64,000 bases of DNA from NCBI GenBank assembly GCA_951406725.2, contig OX597836.1, positions 41,664,001 through 41,728,000 on the forward strand, read 5' to 3'. Source of the stretch: Octopus vulgaris (lineage: Eukaryota). The notes beneath the pieces were generated by a model, which saw only the letters and a program-made list of their open reading frames with translations, was not told the origin of the DNA and did not search any database. A program made the position numbers and the translations under genes. Shown in pieces: positions 27,659-41,156 of this stretch; the stretch's first letter is position 1; each line of letters opens with the position of its first letter.

Positions 27659-30567
27659 ACTCTTTTACTCTTTTGCTATTCGTAAGAACTGCAGAAGAGA
27701 AAGCAGCTCAACCCCCGACACCGAGAGCATCGAAAGAGTGAGAGAAAGTTGGGGCGAAAGAGTACAACAGGGGTCGTCACCACCCCCTGCCGGAGCCTCG
27801 TGGAGCTTTAGGTGTTTTCGCTCAATAAACACACACAACGCCCGGTCTGGGAATCGAAACCGCGTTCGTACGATCGCGAGTCCGCTGCCCTAACCACTGG
27901 GCCATTGCGCCTCGACCGAACTGCTGCTTATGATGTGGGCGAAATCTTTGGCAATTATTCAACTGAACCTGACTTAGTTATCTCCCAAATTGATATTTCA
28001 CCTGTATCCGTACTCAGTTTGTGAATCAACTAATTTCTCATTTCCTGTCCTTGGATTGCAAAAGTACATTCTTCATTATAAGATCTAACACACCAGTTGT
28101 TGGCCTACGATAGGCAATTTTCTTTATTTATGTTATAGTCACGTTCAAGTAATTTTCTGACGACACGAACATGTGTGATGTTCTACTGATAAGCAGAAAG
28201 CTATTCACTTCATATGGATGGAAGCACTCCGTCGGTTACGACGACGAGGGTTCCGGTTGATCCGAATCAACGGAACAGCCTGCTCGTGAAATTAACGTGT
28301 AAGTGGCTGAGCACTCCACAGACACGTGTACCCTTAACGTAGTTCTCGGGGATATTCAGCGTGACACAGAGAGTGAGAAGGCCGGCCCTTTGAAATACAG
28401 GTACAACAGAAACAGGAAGTAAGAGTGAGAGAAAGTTGTGTTGAAAGAGTACAGCAGGCATCACCACCATCCCCTGCCGTAGCCTCGTGGAACTTTTAGG
28501 TGTTTTCGCTCAATAAACACTCACAACGCCCGGTCTGGGAATCGAAACCGCGATCCTATGACCGCGAGTCCGCTGCGCTAACCACTGGGCCATTGCGCCT
28601 CCACTCACTTCATATACTGTTGCGATAGAACTGAGATGTTTCCTTTAAATCATTACCCAGGGAAGGCAGCGAACTGGCAGAATCATCAGCACACCGGGAA
28701 TAATGCTCAACGGCATTTCGTCTGTCTTTACGTTCTGAGTTCAAATTCCGCCGAGGTCGACTTTGCCTTTCATCCTTTCGGGGTCGATAAATTAAGTACC
28801 AGTTTCGCACTGGGGTAGATATAATCGACTTAATCCCTTTGTCTGTCCCTGTTTGTCCTCTCTGTGTTTAGCCCCTTGTGGGTTGTAAAGAAATAGGTAT
28901 TTCGTCTGCCGCTACGTTCTGAGTTCAAATTCCGCCGAGGTCGACTTTGCCTTTCATCCTTTCGGGGTCGATAAATTAAGTACCAGTTACGCACTGGGGT
29001 CGATATAATCGACTTAATCCGTTTGTTTGTCCCTGTTTGTCCTCTCTGTGTTTAGCCCCTTGTGGGTAGTAAAGAAATAACTTTACGTTCTGATTTCAAA
29101 TTCCGCCGAGGTCGACTTTAACTTACATACATTTCGGGTCGATAAAATAAGTACCAGTTGCACACTGGGGTCAATTTACTTGACTAAACGCCCCACCCCA
29201 ATCCTGCTGGCCTTGTGCCTACATTTCAAATCAATATTTAAGGCGACGAGCTGGTAGAATCGTTAGCATTTTGTCGTCCATCTTCACGTTGTGAGTTCAA
29301 ATTCCACCGAGGTCGACTTGGCCTTTTGTTCTTTTGGGCCCAATAAATAAGTATCAAATGATTTAATCGACTTTTCTTCTCCACTGGAATTGCTGGCCTT
29401 GTGCCAAAACTTGAAACTCTCAGGACGCTAATTGACTCATATATGTAAATTTGATTCGTAGATGCAGTTCATCACTTGGTGGTTTGTAAGTTAGGTTATG
29501 TGCGGTCTGTCATGAGATCTGGGGTTCATTAGGCCGGACCTTAACCCGGTTTCCATGGGATATAGTCCATCGCCGAGTTATTTTCTCTACTGTTACTGGA
29601 ACACATTTAAAAAGGAGCACTCCGTCGGTTACGACGATGAGGGTCCCATCTGATACGATCAACGGAACAGCTTGCTCGTGAAATTAACGTGCAAGTGACT
29701 GAGCAATCCACAGACACGTGTACCCCTAACGTAGTTCTCGGGGAGATTCAGCGTGACACAGACTGTGACAAGGCCGGCCTTTTGAAATACAGGTACAACT
29801 CATTTTTGCCAGCTGAGTGGACTGGAGCAACGTGAAAGGACACAACGCATCGACAGGAATCGAACGCACGACCTTACAATCGTCAGTCGAATGCCCTAAC
29901 CACTAAGCCATGCGACTTCTGGAACACATTTACAGTTGAGTGGACAGGAGCAATATGAAATGAAGTGTCTTGCTCAAGAACACAACGCACTTCCCAGTTC
30001 GGGAATGGAAACCATGGACACATGTTCGTGTGTGCAAGCTTGCGCATGTATACGTATGTATGTATATATGCATCTACGTATATACATATGTGTGTGTGTG
30101 TGTGTGTGTTTTTACGTGTGTTTGTGTGTTTGTGTGTGTGTGTATGTGTGCGTGTGTGCGTTGTGCGTATGTGTGTGTGTGTGTGTATGCAAGCATGCGC
30201 ATGCATACGGTTGTATGTGTATATGCATCAACGTACATGCATGTGTGTGTGTGAGAGAGTGTGTGCGTTTGCGTGTGTTTGTGTGTGCGTGCGCGTGTGT
30301 GTGTGTGCGTGGCTTGGAGGGGGAGTATGTACGTATGTGTGTGCGTGTGTGTATGCAAGTATACGCATGCATGTGTATATATGTATATATACATCTACGT
30401 ATATACATATATATATGAGTGTGTGTGTGTTTCCGTGTGTTTGTGTGTGCATGTGTATGTTTGTGTGTATGTGTGCGTGGTTGGGCGGGGGAGTATGTGC
30501 GTATGTGTGTGCGTGTATGTATGCAAGTATACGCATGCATGGGTATATATGTATATATGCATCTACG

Positions 30568-30607
<40 letters not shown>

Positions 30608-30767
30608 TGTGTGTCGATGTGTGTGTGTGTGTGTGTATGTATGTGCGTGTTTGTGTTCTGGCAACATTTATACACTCTCACCAATAGATAAAGAACTAGA
30701 TTTTTCCTGAAAAAACAAGGTTCTCCCTCTGGAATTCAGACATCAGCTGGTAGTTATGTATACATGC

Positions 30768-30798
<31 letters not shown>

Positions 30799-31126
30799 TG
30801 TATGTATGTATGTATGTATGTATGTATGTATGTATGTATGTATGTATGTATGTATTTATGTATGTATGTATGTATGTGTGTATGTATGTATGTATGTGTG
30901 TATGTATGTATGTATGTATGTATGTATGTATGTATGTGTGTATATGTATGTATGTATGTATTTATGTATGTATGTATGTATGTATGTATATATATATGTA
31001 TGTATGTGTATATATATATGTATGTATGCTTATATGTATATGTATGTAAGCAAGTCAAAATATATGTCTGTATATATCTGTATGTCTATATTTATACTTG
31101 TATAAATGTATGTGTAAACATGTATT

Positions 31127-31157
<31 letters not shown>

Positions 31158-31158
31158 G

Positions 31159-31227
<69 letters not shown>

Positions 31228-31554
31228 GTATGTATGTATATACGCACGTGTATTATGTATACAAGTAGGAATACAAAATTAAGTGGATGTTTAATGTGTG
31301 AACCTCTGGTGTAAAACAAGAGGCAAAGAAAACGAACCCAAGGAGATCGGTAGCTACGAAAGAACATGAGAAGACTGAGAAGTGGTGGGCATGGTCGGGA
31401 AGGAGGGCCGGGGTATTGCAATTGGCGGCGGAAATTTGATATGGAGCCGGGAACATTCCGTCTGCGATATTGTTTGGTGCCAAAGACACAAAAGAACTTT
31501 GATTGCTGTATACTAGCGCGCGCGCGTACAATACACACACGGACAGACTTACGC

Positions 31555-31589
<35 letters not shown>

Positions 31590-32021
31590 AACATACACAC
31601 ACACACAAACTTACACACACACACACAAATTCGCATAAAAACAAACCATATATACACACACACATACGTGTATCGGCAAACATGCACACACACCTGCTTG
31701 CATACATACATACATATATACATGCATACATACATATAAATATTTATACGCACACACACATATATTCACACACGCATGCACACATATACAGTATATATAT
31801 ATTTACATATATATATATAGAGAGAGAGATAGAGAGTGAGAGAAACACATGCATGCATACACATGTATGTATATATACACTCACTCACGCGTATAGAAGC
31901 GTATATTTACATATATGTATATAGATAAACAGATATGGATATATACACACACACGCATATATAAGCATACATGCACACATATATTGATGTATATATTTGT
32001 ATATATGTATATATATATATG

Positions 32022-32054
<33 letters not shown>

Positions 32055-32224
32055 GGATATATATGTATATATATATATTTATATATATATATATGTATGT
32101 ATATATATATAATTGTGTGTGTATGTATATATATATATGTGTATGTATATATATATATGTATTATATATATATATGCATGTATATATATATACATATATA
32201 TACATGTGTGTGTATATGTATACA

Positions 32225-32294
<70 letters not shown>

Positions 32295-32733
32295 TATATA
32301 CACACATATATATATAAAACAGATCAGGAATGCAACTTGAGGCAAGAAAAACTCTCCAAGAGTGCAAAACGAGCCCCGGTTGAATGCCGTATCATTTAAT
32401 ACGCTGTGAACTTAACCGAATAAAAACATTGGAAAAGCTCATATGTAAGAATTTGGTTTTCGTTTTGGGACACAGAATTGCGTTTCTGCAAACGCACTGC
32501 GCACGTGGAGGTCGAGCCGAGGCTTCGTCAGCAGGAAATCTGAGAAGAAATTCGAATTTACTTAAACTTTATTCAAACATCACACACCCAATAAGAAAAT
32601 CACATGATGCTAACAGGCTATGTGTGTGTGTATGTGTATGTGTGTGTATGTATGTGTATGTGTATGTGTGTGTGTGTGTGTATGTGTGTGTGTGTATATA
32701 TACATACATACATACATACATACATACATACAT

Positions 32734-32816
<83 letters not shown>

Positions 32817-33453
32817 CAGCCCATATAATACAGTAAATGAATTGATTGCATCGCAATCCTTAACATTTATGTATTAACATTGTTGGGTACTTCACTAGCA
32901 GTATATTGGTTATATGTTATCCCATGGAGGGTTGCATTTACAACCCCTATCTCAATTTGTATATATATATGTATATGTAAAAAAATACAAACTGGGACAA
33001 GAACGCAAAACATTTAGAAGACGATACGAAAAACACGGACGGGACATTCGAAGCCTTCAATCTTCAGTTAAGAACCGGATCATCCTCGCAATTTCGGCTG
33101 ATTAATATTGATATATATATATATAATATTAGGGAGTATAACTCCAAACTTACAGGGAAAAAATTAGATTTAGTATTAAATCAAATTTCACAGTATAAAT
33201 ATATAAAATATAAAATATGAATTAGAAATAAAACCACTATTAGGCAACTCAAACTGTGATAGATATAAACCAATACATAAATAACAAATAATATATCACT
33301 GTTTGAGTTGCATAATCGTGGTTTTATCTCTAATTCATATTATATATATATATATAGTTAATTCAAACAAGAAAGCACAAAAAAACACAACAACGCGAGG
33401 ACGTGGAACAAATATAGTATTATTGGACGCTCAGGAAAGAAGGAAAGAAGGAG

Positions 33454-33490
33454 TGTTTAACGTTTCGAGCGGAGCTCTTCGTCGGAAACA
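33454..33490 (-). ncRNA. Minimal hammerhead motif (GAGC family) in element ~33356-33557
   Basis: Minus strand: tgttt CCGACGA a gagc tcc gctc GAAACGTT aaaca. Confidence 0.6.
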
Positions 33491-34365
33491 TAGGAGAAGG
33501 AAAGATCCAGAGAAGGGAAGACCGAGGAAAAAAAATCGCCAACGGTACACACGAGGTCTGTTACTTGTTTCAGTCATTTCACTGCGGCCATACTGGGGCA
33601 CCGAAGTGAGGGGTATTAGTCAAGCAAATCAACCCCCAGGGCGTTTTTTTAAAGCCTAGTACGTATTCTATCAGCCTCTTTTACTGAACCGCTAAGTGAC
33701 GGCGACGTAAACACGCCAACATCGGTTTTCAAGCGATGGTGGCGTGGGAGACCAACACGGACATAGAGACACACTCTCATAAATATATTCACATGTATAC
33801 ACACGACGGGTTTCCTTCATTTGAACTCTGAACGTAACGGCAGACGAAATACTGCTAAGCATTTCGCCCGGCTTGCTAACCTTTCTGCCAGCTCGCCGCC
33901 TCAGCTGGAGTCTAATATTAAAAATCATGAAAAGCCGGCAAGCTGGTAGAATTGTTAGCACGCCAGACAAAATGCTTAGCGACATTTCATCCGTCTTCAC
34001 GCCCTGAGTTCAAATTCCGCCACGGTGGAGTTTGTCTTTCATTCTTTCGGGGTCGGTACCAGTTGAACACTGGAGCCGACTTAATCGACTTACCCACTTC
34101 TCCGAAATTGCTGGTCACGTGTCAAAATTTGAAAGTAATTAACTTTTTTCTTTTTCTTTTTCTTATTTTACTTGTTTCAGTCATTTGACTGCGGCCATGC
34201 TGGAGCACCGCCTTTAGTCGAGCAAATCGACCTCGGGACTTATTCTTTGTAAGCCCAGTACTTATTCTACCGGTCTCTTTTGCCGAACCGCTAAGTGACG
34301 GGAACGTAAACACACCAGCATCGGTTGTCAAGCAATGCCAGGGGGACAAACAGACAGACATAGAA

Positions 34366-34404
<39 letters not shown>

Positions 34405-34662
34405 CTTATATACGACAGGCTTCTTTCAGTTTCCGTCTACCAAATCCACTCACAAGGCACTGGTCGGCCCGGGGCTATAGCAGAAGACAATTGCCCAAGG
34501 TACCACGCAGTGGGACTGAACCCGGAACCATGTGGTTGGTTAGCAAGCTACTTACCACACAGCCACTCCTGCGCCTATACTGATATTAATTTTAAAACCA
34601 ACTGATATTAATTTTTAAAACTCATTAATGCTATTAATATATTTTTGTTTTCTATTTCACAG

Positions 34663-35143
34663 ATTTTTTGAGACTATTCTTGCCGACGTCCTCGTCTTAT
34701 GTTTATTGGTAGGACTCTGCTGAAGGTGTTACATTACCCTGAAGAAACGAAACAACCATTCTGATGAATGAAAGGACCAATTAATCCCTAAAAGATATCA
34801 GTTTTCTCCATGAAAATCACTCGCACCTTGAATAGATAATCTATCATCCGTCACCTTTATGCTACTTCCCTCACCCATTAAATAAGCAAAATAAAAAGTT
34901 AATTAGCCCTAAGAAAAAGCCGGGACTACGGCCCTTACATACAGAAAAGAGTTAATTAGCCCTCAGAAAAGGCCGGGACTACGGCTCTTACGTCTGCTGA
35001 TACAATATGTAGCCTTACATATAATGGACTAAGTCCACCGTGAAATGAAGTCTCGCCCAGTTCACTTCATATTAAAGGAACCAAGTGGTTAGTAAATCAG
35101 CTGGCCAGGCACAGTTGTAATCTTCTCATTTTGTACCTCAACA
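34663..35143 (+). other. Probable 5'UTR part of the first coding exon
   Basis: Strong acceptor atttttgttttctatttcacag| ending 34662, followed by unique sequence up to the ATG. Confidence 0.45.
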
Positions 35144-35327
35144 ATGACAATTTCTATCCATTCGGCTGTCTCCTTCGGGGTCCTGATTCTAGCCGGGCTC
35201 TGCTACATCACGTCTCAAGTTACCGACGTTTGGATGGAAAGTGATGGTCTTCTGTCTTTGGGAGTTTGGAATTTCTGTGTTTTCAGAACCGATACACATT
35301 CTTGGAGTTGCGAAATCAACTTTTCTG
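35144..35327 (+). CDS. Claudin/PMP22-superfamily tetraspan protein, coding exon 1 (61 aa + 1 nt)
   Basis: ATG at 35144; MTISIHSAVSFGVLILAGLCYITSQVTDVW...LGVWNFC...WSC gives TM1 plus the W...G[LV]W..C...C first-loop signature; donor G|GTAAG at 35328, phase 1. Confidence 0.9.
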
Positions 35328-36473
35328 GTAAGGTTCTCTGAACACAACAATTCTTCTAAATTCTTTTCTCTCTACCTTTCTTTAAAAATCTTTTCGGGTG
35401 CGGGTGTGGCTGTGTGGTAAGAAGTTTGCTTCTCAACCACAGGGTTCCTGGTTCAGTCCCACTACGTAGCACATATAGCCTCTAGCCGATCCAAGCCTTG
35501 TAAGTGAATTTGGTAGACGGAAACTGAAAGAAACCTGTCGCATCCTTTTATTTTTTACTGGTTTCAGCCAGAGGCTGGGGCCATGCTAGAGCACCTATAT
35601 ATGTGAGCGTATTTGTGTCCGCGTTTGTCCCCCACCACGGCTTGACAGCCAGTGTTGGTGTGTTTACCTCCCTGAAACTTAGCGATTCTGCAAAAGAGAC
35701 CGATAAAATAAGTACCAGGCTTTACAAAAATGTATTAAGTACTAGGGTCGATTTATTCGACTAAAATTTTTTTACAAGGTTGCACCCCAGCATGGCCGCA
35801 GTCAAATAACCGAAACAAGTAAAAAAAATATCAATAAATTTAAGCAGAGGAGTTTAGTCAATACCATCATCTTCAGCACTTAACTGTGTTTATTTATTTA
35901 TTTTTTGTCTTTATGAAACCATAAAGGATAAAACGCAAGGTTGACCTCAGCAGGATTTGAACTCAGAAAAAAAATATGGTTAAGGAATGTTTTTTTCCGC
36001 GACTCTCTAACGATTTTGCCAGCTCACTCATCGTTTTGTAAGCGTAAGAGGTGGGATGTTTGGAAGCGTTAATGTCTAATAAATTTAACTAAAATTCATT
36101 GTTGCCTGATGAAATAAATATTTAGAAGAAAAGCTATCAAAGAAAGATTTAATGAAATGGTAATTTTAAAAGAACAGAAGGAATAGAAGAGAAGGTGGTC
36201 AGAACGAAAGAACGAATTAAAAAATAAAAGAATGGTAACGTGTCACATCATTTAACTGACAGAATAATTAAGTTATAGGAAAATAATGTTAATAAAATTA
36301 GAAATATTGAATTTCTAAATGTCTCAGAGAGACATAAGCGGTGGTGGAGCGATATAGTGGTCGTATACTGTCAACTCAACGTGACAGTCCCGTAAAGGGA
36401 ATTACTCACCGCCATTTAGCCCTAGGAAACATTTTTTCAAACAACGTAAAAACAGAGTACAAGACATACAACA

Positions 36474-36519
36474 CCTGAAGACATATGTTTCTGAGTCTAT
36501 TGCTTGTCGTCAGTTCAGG
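36474..36519 (-). ncRNA. Minimal hammerhead motif, antisense in intron 1
   Basis: Minus strand: cctgaa CTGACGA caagcaatagactca GAAAC atat GTC ttcagg; 6-bp stem I, palindromic ACATATGT, stem II decayed. Confidence 0.65.
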
Positions 36520-36981
36520 GTAGCCTGCCTCGCTCGCTGAGATGACTGCAACCTCTTCACAAATATATCCTATTTTTAGTAAAATTTACTGATCACCGAA
36601 ATTAGAAATATTGAATTTCTAAATGTCTCAGAGAGACATAGCGCCATTTGAAGGCTAAAACAATGCGAAGGTCATTGTGACCAGCAATGTGTAGGAACAT
36701 ATGATAGTCTGGTCGGTCACGGTGATCACGGTGATATATATATCGACAGATAGATAGATAGATCGAAGGTGCCGAAACGACGTACTCCGAATGAATTAAA
36801 AGGTAACGTAATCCAAGGGTAGATTAAGAAACCCATGAATCAGCTGCTCCAAAACAGTCGGAAGGACAAGGACAGTCCGTGGGAGCGTACAGTAAATAGT
36901 CAATTCGAATAAACAAACAATTCAAGTGAAAAAAAAACGAAAATAAAACGAACGAGAGGACATTCACAAGACATGTATTAG

Positions 36982-37014
36982 TTTGACGTTTCGAGCGTAG
37001 CTCTTCGTCGGAAA
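36982..37014 (-). ncRNA. Minimal hammerhead motif (GAGC family), left member of inverted pair
   Basis: Minus strand: ttt CCGACGA a gagc tac gctc GAAACGTC aaa. Confidence 0.6.
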
Positions 37015-37118
37015 GGAGATAGGGAAAAGTCCAAAGAAGGCGAAGAAGAAATCGCCAAATGTAACTACACGTGTGCCGTTGGCGATTCCTTCTCCATATT
37101 TGAACTTTTCCTTTCTCC

Positions 37119-37151
37119 TTTCCGACGAAGAGCTACGGCTCGAAATGTTAA
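37119..37151 (+). ncRNA. Minimal hammerhead motif (GAGC family), sense in intron 1
   Basis: ttt CCGACGA a gagc tacg gctc GAAATGTT aat. Confidence 0.5.
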
Positions 37152-37244
37152 TTTCTCTCCTTTCACCGAGCATCAAGTTAATACATGTCTTGCGCACGTC
37201 CTCATGTTCATTTTTTATTTGAATTGTTTGTTTATTTGAATTGG

Positions 37245-37280
<36 letters not shown>

Positions 37281-37333
37281 AATAATATATAAATATATGC
37301 ATATATACATACATATATGTACATACCAACATC

Positions 37334-37373
<40 letters not shown>

Positions 37374-37943
37374 TATATGGGTACAGGGCATCAAAAAAAC
37401 GTTAAACACAATGAGAAACAAAAACATAAAAACAAAAACATAGAAACGAACTTTTTCTTCAAACAACGTAAAAATAGAGTACAAGACATACAACACAAGA
37501 AATATTCCCCTTCTTCAGTTGTCCCTGTTTCGTCTACTTCGCATTTTCGAAGGTAAGGACAAGACGCGACTTCGTTGAAACAGTCCTTCCCGCAAAGCAA
37601 ATTGAATATAAAATTTAGGATTTTTTGCGGAGGGGTAAAAGTGGTAACAAGAACAAGACAATAAGAACAAAACAAGACAGTAAAAACAATAAAAGTAATA
37701 AAAAAACAGTAAAAGACAGAACAAAGAGAATAACACAGTAAAAACAAACGATGAGGGTTGTTAAGCCAAGACGATGGAAATATTATTCTGAACGTTTCTC
37801 TCCCCTTCTTTGTTTCCCTTCCCTCTCTTTCCATTCCGTCTTTCTTGTCATCCCCTCTCTACTTCCATCCCCCTCTCTCTCTTTACGTATGTCTAAGACT
37901 ATTGCTATTAGATTTCGTGACACTCTGGTTTCACTATTTACAG

Positions 37944-38093
37944 GATTCAACATGGCATCGCAGACATTCTCCATTTTGGCTTTACTCTGCTACCTCAACG
38001 CATTCTTCCTCTTCACATTGTCTATGGCGTGTCGATCGTTGCAGAAATGCCGACCAATTATAACTGGAATATCTTGCCTGGTCTTTTTTATCG
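37944..38093 (+). CDS. Claudin/PMP22-like protein, coding exon 2 (TM2-TM3)
   Basis: Acceptor tcactatttacag| at 37943; 150 nt, phase 1-1; (G)FNMASQTFSILALLCYLNAFFLFTLSMACRSLQKCRPIITGISCLVFFI; donor G|GTGAGT at 38094. Confidence 0.9.
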
Positions 38094-38137
38094 GTGAGTA
38101 CACAACTCATGTAACACCTCACACATCTCACATACTA

Positions 38138-38672
38138 TTGGGTTGTCTTGAAAGTTCGTGACGAGTTTTAAAGGAAAGAAAAAGGTCAATAAATACTTGC
38201 CATTATATTTTTAATCAACCAAATATGAACCATTTTGTTGCATAATGCGTCTCCATCTTTCCTTTAACTTGAAAATACCCCCTTCCAGAATTGATGTGGT
38301 TTAAAGGCAAAAAATTCATCAAGGTAACTTTTTTACGTCATCTAAGGAATTGAGATTTTTACCATTAAGACTATTCTGCAGAGACCTGAATAAGTGGAAA
38401 TCCGAGGGAGCAATATCTGGTGAATATGGAGGGTGGGGTAACACATCCCAGCCGAGCTGCAGCAATTTTTGTCTGGTACCCAAAGCATCAAGTGCCGAAA
38501 ATGAACTTTCTTATCTTCCATTTTAAAGGGTTACAGAATTAACACAGGTTATAGGAGCATAAACCTTCTTCAAGGAATATATAGCTTAAACTGTGCTCCA
38601 AATGGAGGTGTAGTCAAATCCTATTTTATGGACTCAACCATGTTCTAAAATAAGTCAAAAGGTAAGCTACTA
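38138..38672 (-). mobile_element. Second copy of the 1272 mariner, in intron 2
   Basis: Collinear with 1272-1780; right TIR lost. Confidence 0.85.
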
Positions 38673-39815
38673 TATCATGCATGCATACATACACACATAC
38701 AGGTATACACTTTACTAAAGACAGATGTGTTAACTCTTTAGCACTTAAATTATTTCTTTAAAAGTGAAGCTAATTTATTCACATTGTTTTGAACAAGTCA
38801 TGCATTATCTCGCAGCTTTGAGATTTTGATGAGCTAATGGTTAATTTTTAGACTTGTTGTGAGTGGACCAGATTTGGCCGGTTTGAATATAAAATAAAAT
38901 ATAATAAATGCGCCCTTTTAAAGCCTAGCCAGGCTCATGGGCCCGGTTTTCCGGTTTCAATGGCGTATGTGTTCCCCAGCTGGATGGGACGCCAGTCCAT
39001 CGCAGCATTACTCATTTTTGCCAGCTGAGTAGACTGGAGCAACGTGAAATGAAGTGTTTTGCTCAAGAACACAACGCGTTGCCCGGTCCAGGAATCGAAA
39101 CCCCAATCTTACGATCATGATGCTGACACCCTAGCCACTAAACCACGCGCCTCCACTTTTGAATATAAAACAGGTAGAATATTTTGGTTGGATTTGACCA
39201 GCTTGAATGCTAAAAGTATAAACGTATTTTAATTCAATCCAATCTTAATTTGGTTTCAACAGTACTCAACAGGTTCTTATTTTATTGACTCCAAAAGGAT
39301 GAAAGGCGGAATTTTAACTCAGCTTCCTTGGTGGAATTTGAACTCAGAACGTAACGGCAGACGAAATACCTATTTCTTTACTACCCACAAGGGGTTAAAC
39401 ACAGAGGGGACAAACAAGGAGAGACAAATGGATTAAGTCGATTATATCGACCCCAGTGCGTAACTGGTACTTATTTAATCGACCCCGAAAGGATGAAAGG
39501 CAAAGTCGACCTCGATGGAATTTGAACTCAGAACGTAACGGCAGACGAAATACCTATTTCTTTACTACCCACAAGGGGTTAAACACAGAGGGGACAAACA
39601 AGGAGAGACAAACGGATTAAGTCGATTATATCGACCCCAGTGCGTAACTGGTACTTATTTAATCGACCCCGAAAGGATGAAAGGCAAAGTCGACCTCGGC
39701 GGAATTTAAACTCAGAACGTAACGGCAGACGAAATACGGCTACGCATTTCGCCCGGCGTGCTAACGTTTCTGCCAGCACGCCGCCTTCCATTCCTTGGAT
39801 CTTTCCTTTTCCTAT

Positions 39816-39850
39816 ATTTCTGACGAAGAGCTCCGCTTGAAACGTTAAAT
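39816..39850 (+). ncRNA. Minimal hammerhead motif (GAGC family), sense in intron 2
   Basis: attt CTGACGA a gagc tcc gctt GAAACGTT aaat. Confidence 0.65.
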
Positions 39851-39961
39851 CCTCCTTCTTTCTTTCCTGAGCGTCCAATAACACTATATTTGTTCCACGT
39901 CCTCGCGTTGTTGTGTTTTCTCTTTGTGTTTTCATGTTTGGATTAACTACGTATATATGTG

Positions 39962-39993
<32 letters not shown>

Positions 39994-40575
39994 TGTATGT
40001 ATGTATGTATGTATGTATGTATGCATGTATACACATAAAATACACATGTATATCATGCATGTATACATACACACATATAGGTACACATATATACATACAC
40101 ACGTATATGTATATATGTATCTCTATTTTTTTTAAGAAAGCACTCCGTCGGTTACGACGACGAGGGTTCCAGTTGATTCGAATCAACGGAACAGCCTCCT
40201 CGTGAAATTAACGTGTAAGTGGCTGAGCACTCCACAGACACGTGTACCCTTAACGTAGTTCTCGGGGATATTCAGCGTGACACAGAGAGTGACAAGGCCG
40301 GCCCTTTGAAAAACAGGTACAACAGAAACAGGAAGTAAGAGTGAGAGAAAGTTGTGGTGAAAGAGTACAGCAGGGATCACCACCATCCCTGCCGATGTAT
40401 CTCTATATACACTCACATATGCATATATACAAATATACATATATATGCGCGTGTAATCGATCTCCCACTTTCTAAATTTGCATTTTATCTTTATCTATCA
40501 ATTAATTAATTAACTAATCAATTAATTAATTAATGTAGTTATTAATAATTTGTCTGTTTATTTGCTTATTTTCAG

Positions 40576-40793
40576 TGAGTCTCCAAATCATGACAATGAT
40601 TGTGTTCTCCGTAAAAGTCCATCATCACACAGATGATGTCACGGAACTTCATTTAGGCAAGGACGAGAAACGACTTCCGCTAAGACTCTCATGGTCTTTC
40701 ACGGCCGCCATTGTCTCCACGATTCTATCAACCATTAGTGGCGTCTGCATCTCCATAGAACTCAGAAATATTATCGTCGAAGACTTTCAGTGA
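40576..40793 (+). CDS. Claudin/PMP22-like protein, last coding exon (TM3 end, ECL2, TM4)
   Basis: Acceptor tttgcttattttcag| at 40575; (V)SLQIMTMIVFSVKV...LRLSWSFTAAIVSTILSTISGVCISIELRNIIVEDFQ*; SWSF matches the family pre-TM4 (Y/G)WSF motif; spliced CDS 552 nt = 183 aa, in frame. Confidence 0.9.
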
Positions 40794-40939
40794 ACAATTC
40801 GCATGGCCCTTTTGTGAACAAGGCAAAAATAAAAAATAAAAAAATGGCGACGTCGAAACGGTGTACAATCACTACTACTACTACTACTACCACTACTACT
40901 ACCACTACCACCACCACCACCACCACCACCACCACCACC

Positions 40940-41017
<78 letters not shown>

Positions 41018-41110
41018 GCTGCTGCTGCTGTTGTGCTGTTACTGCTGTTACTGCTGCTGCTGCTACTACTACTACTGCTGCTACTGCTACTGCTGCGACA
41101 GCTACAGCTG

Positions 41111-41156
<46 letters not shown>

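Noticed and set aside
34738-34780. ctgaaga..gaaac / ctgatga..gaaa as hammerheads
   Set aside because: No stem I, II or III pairing
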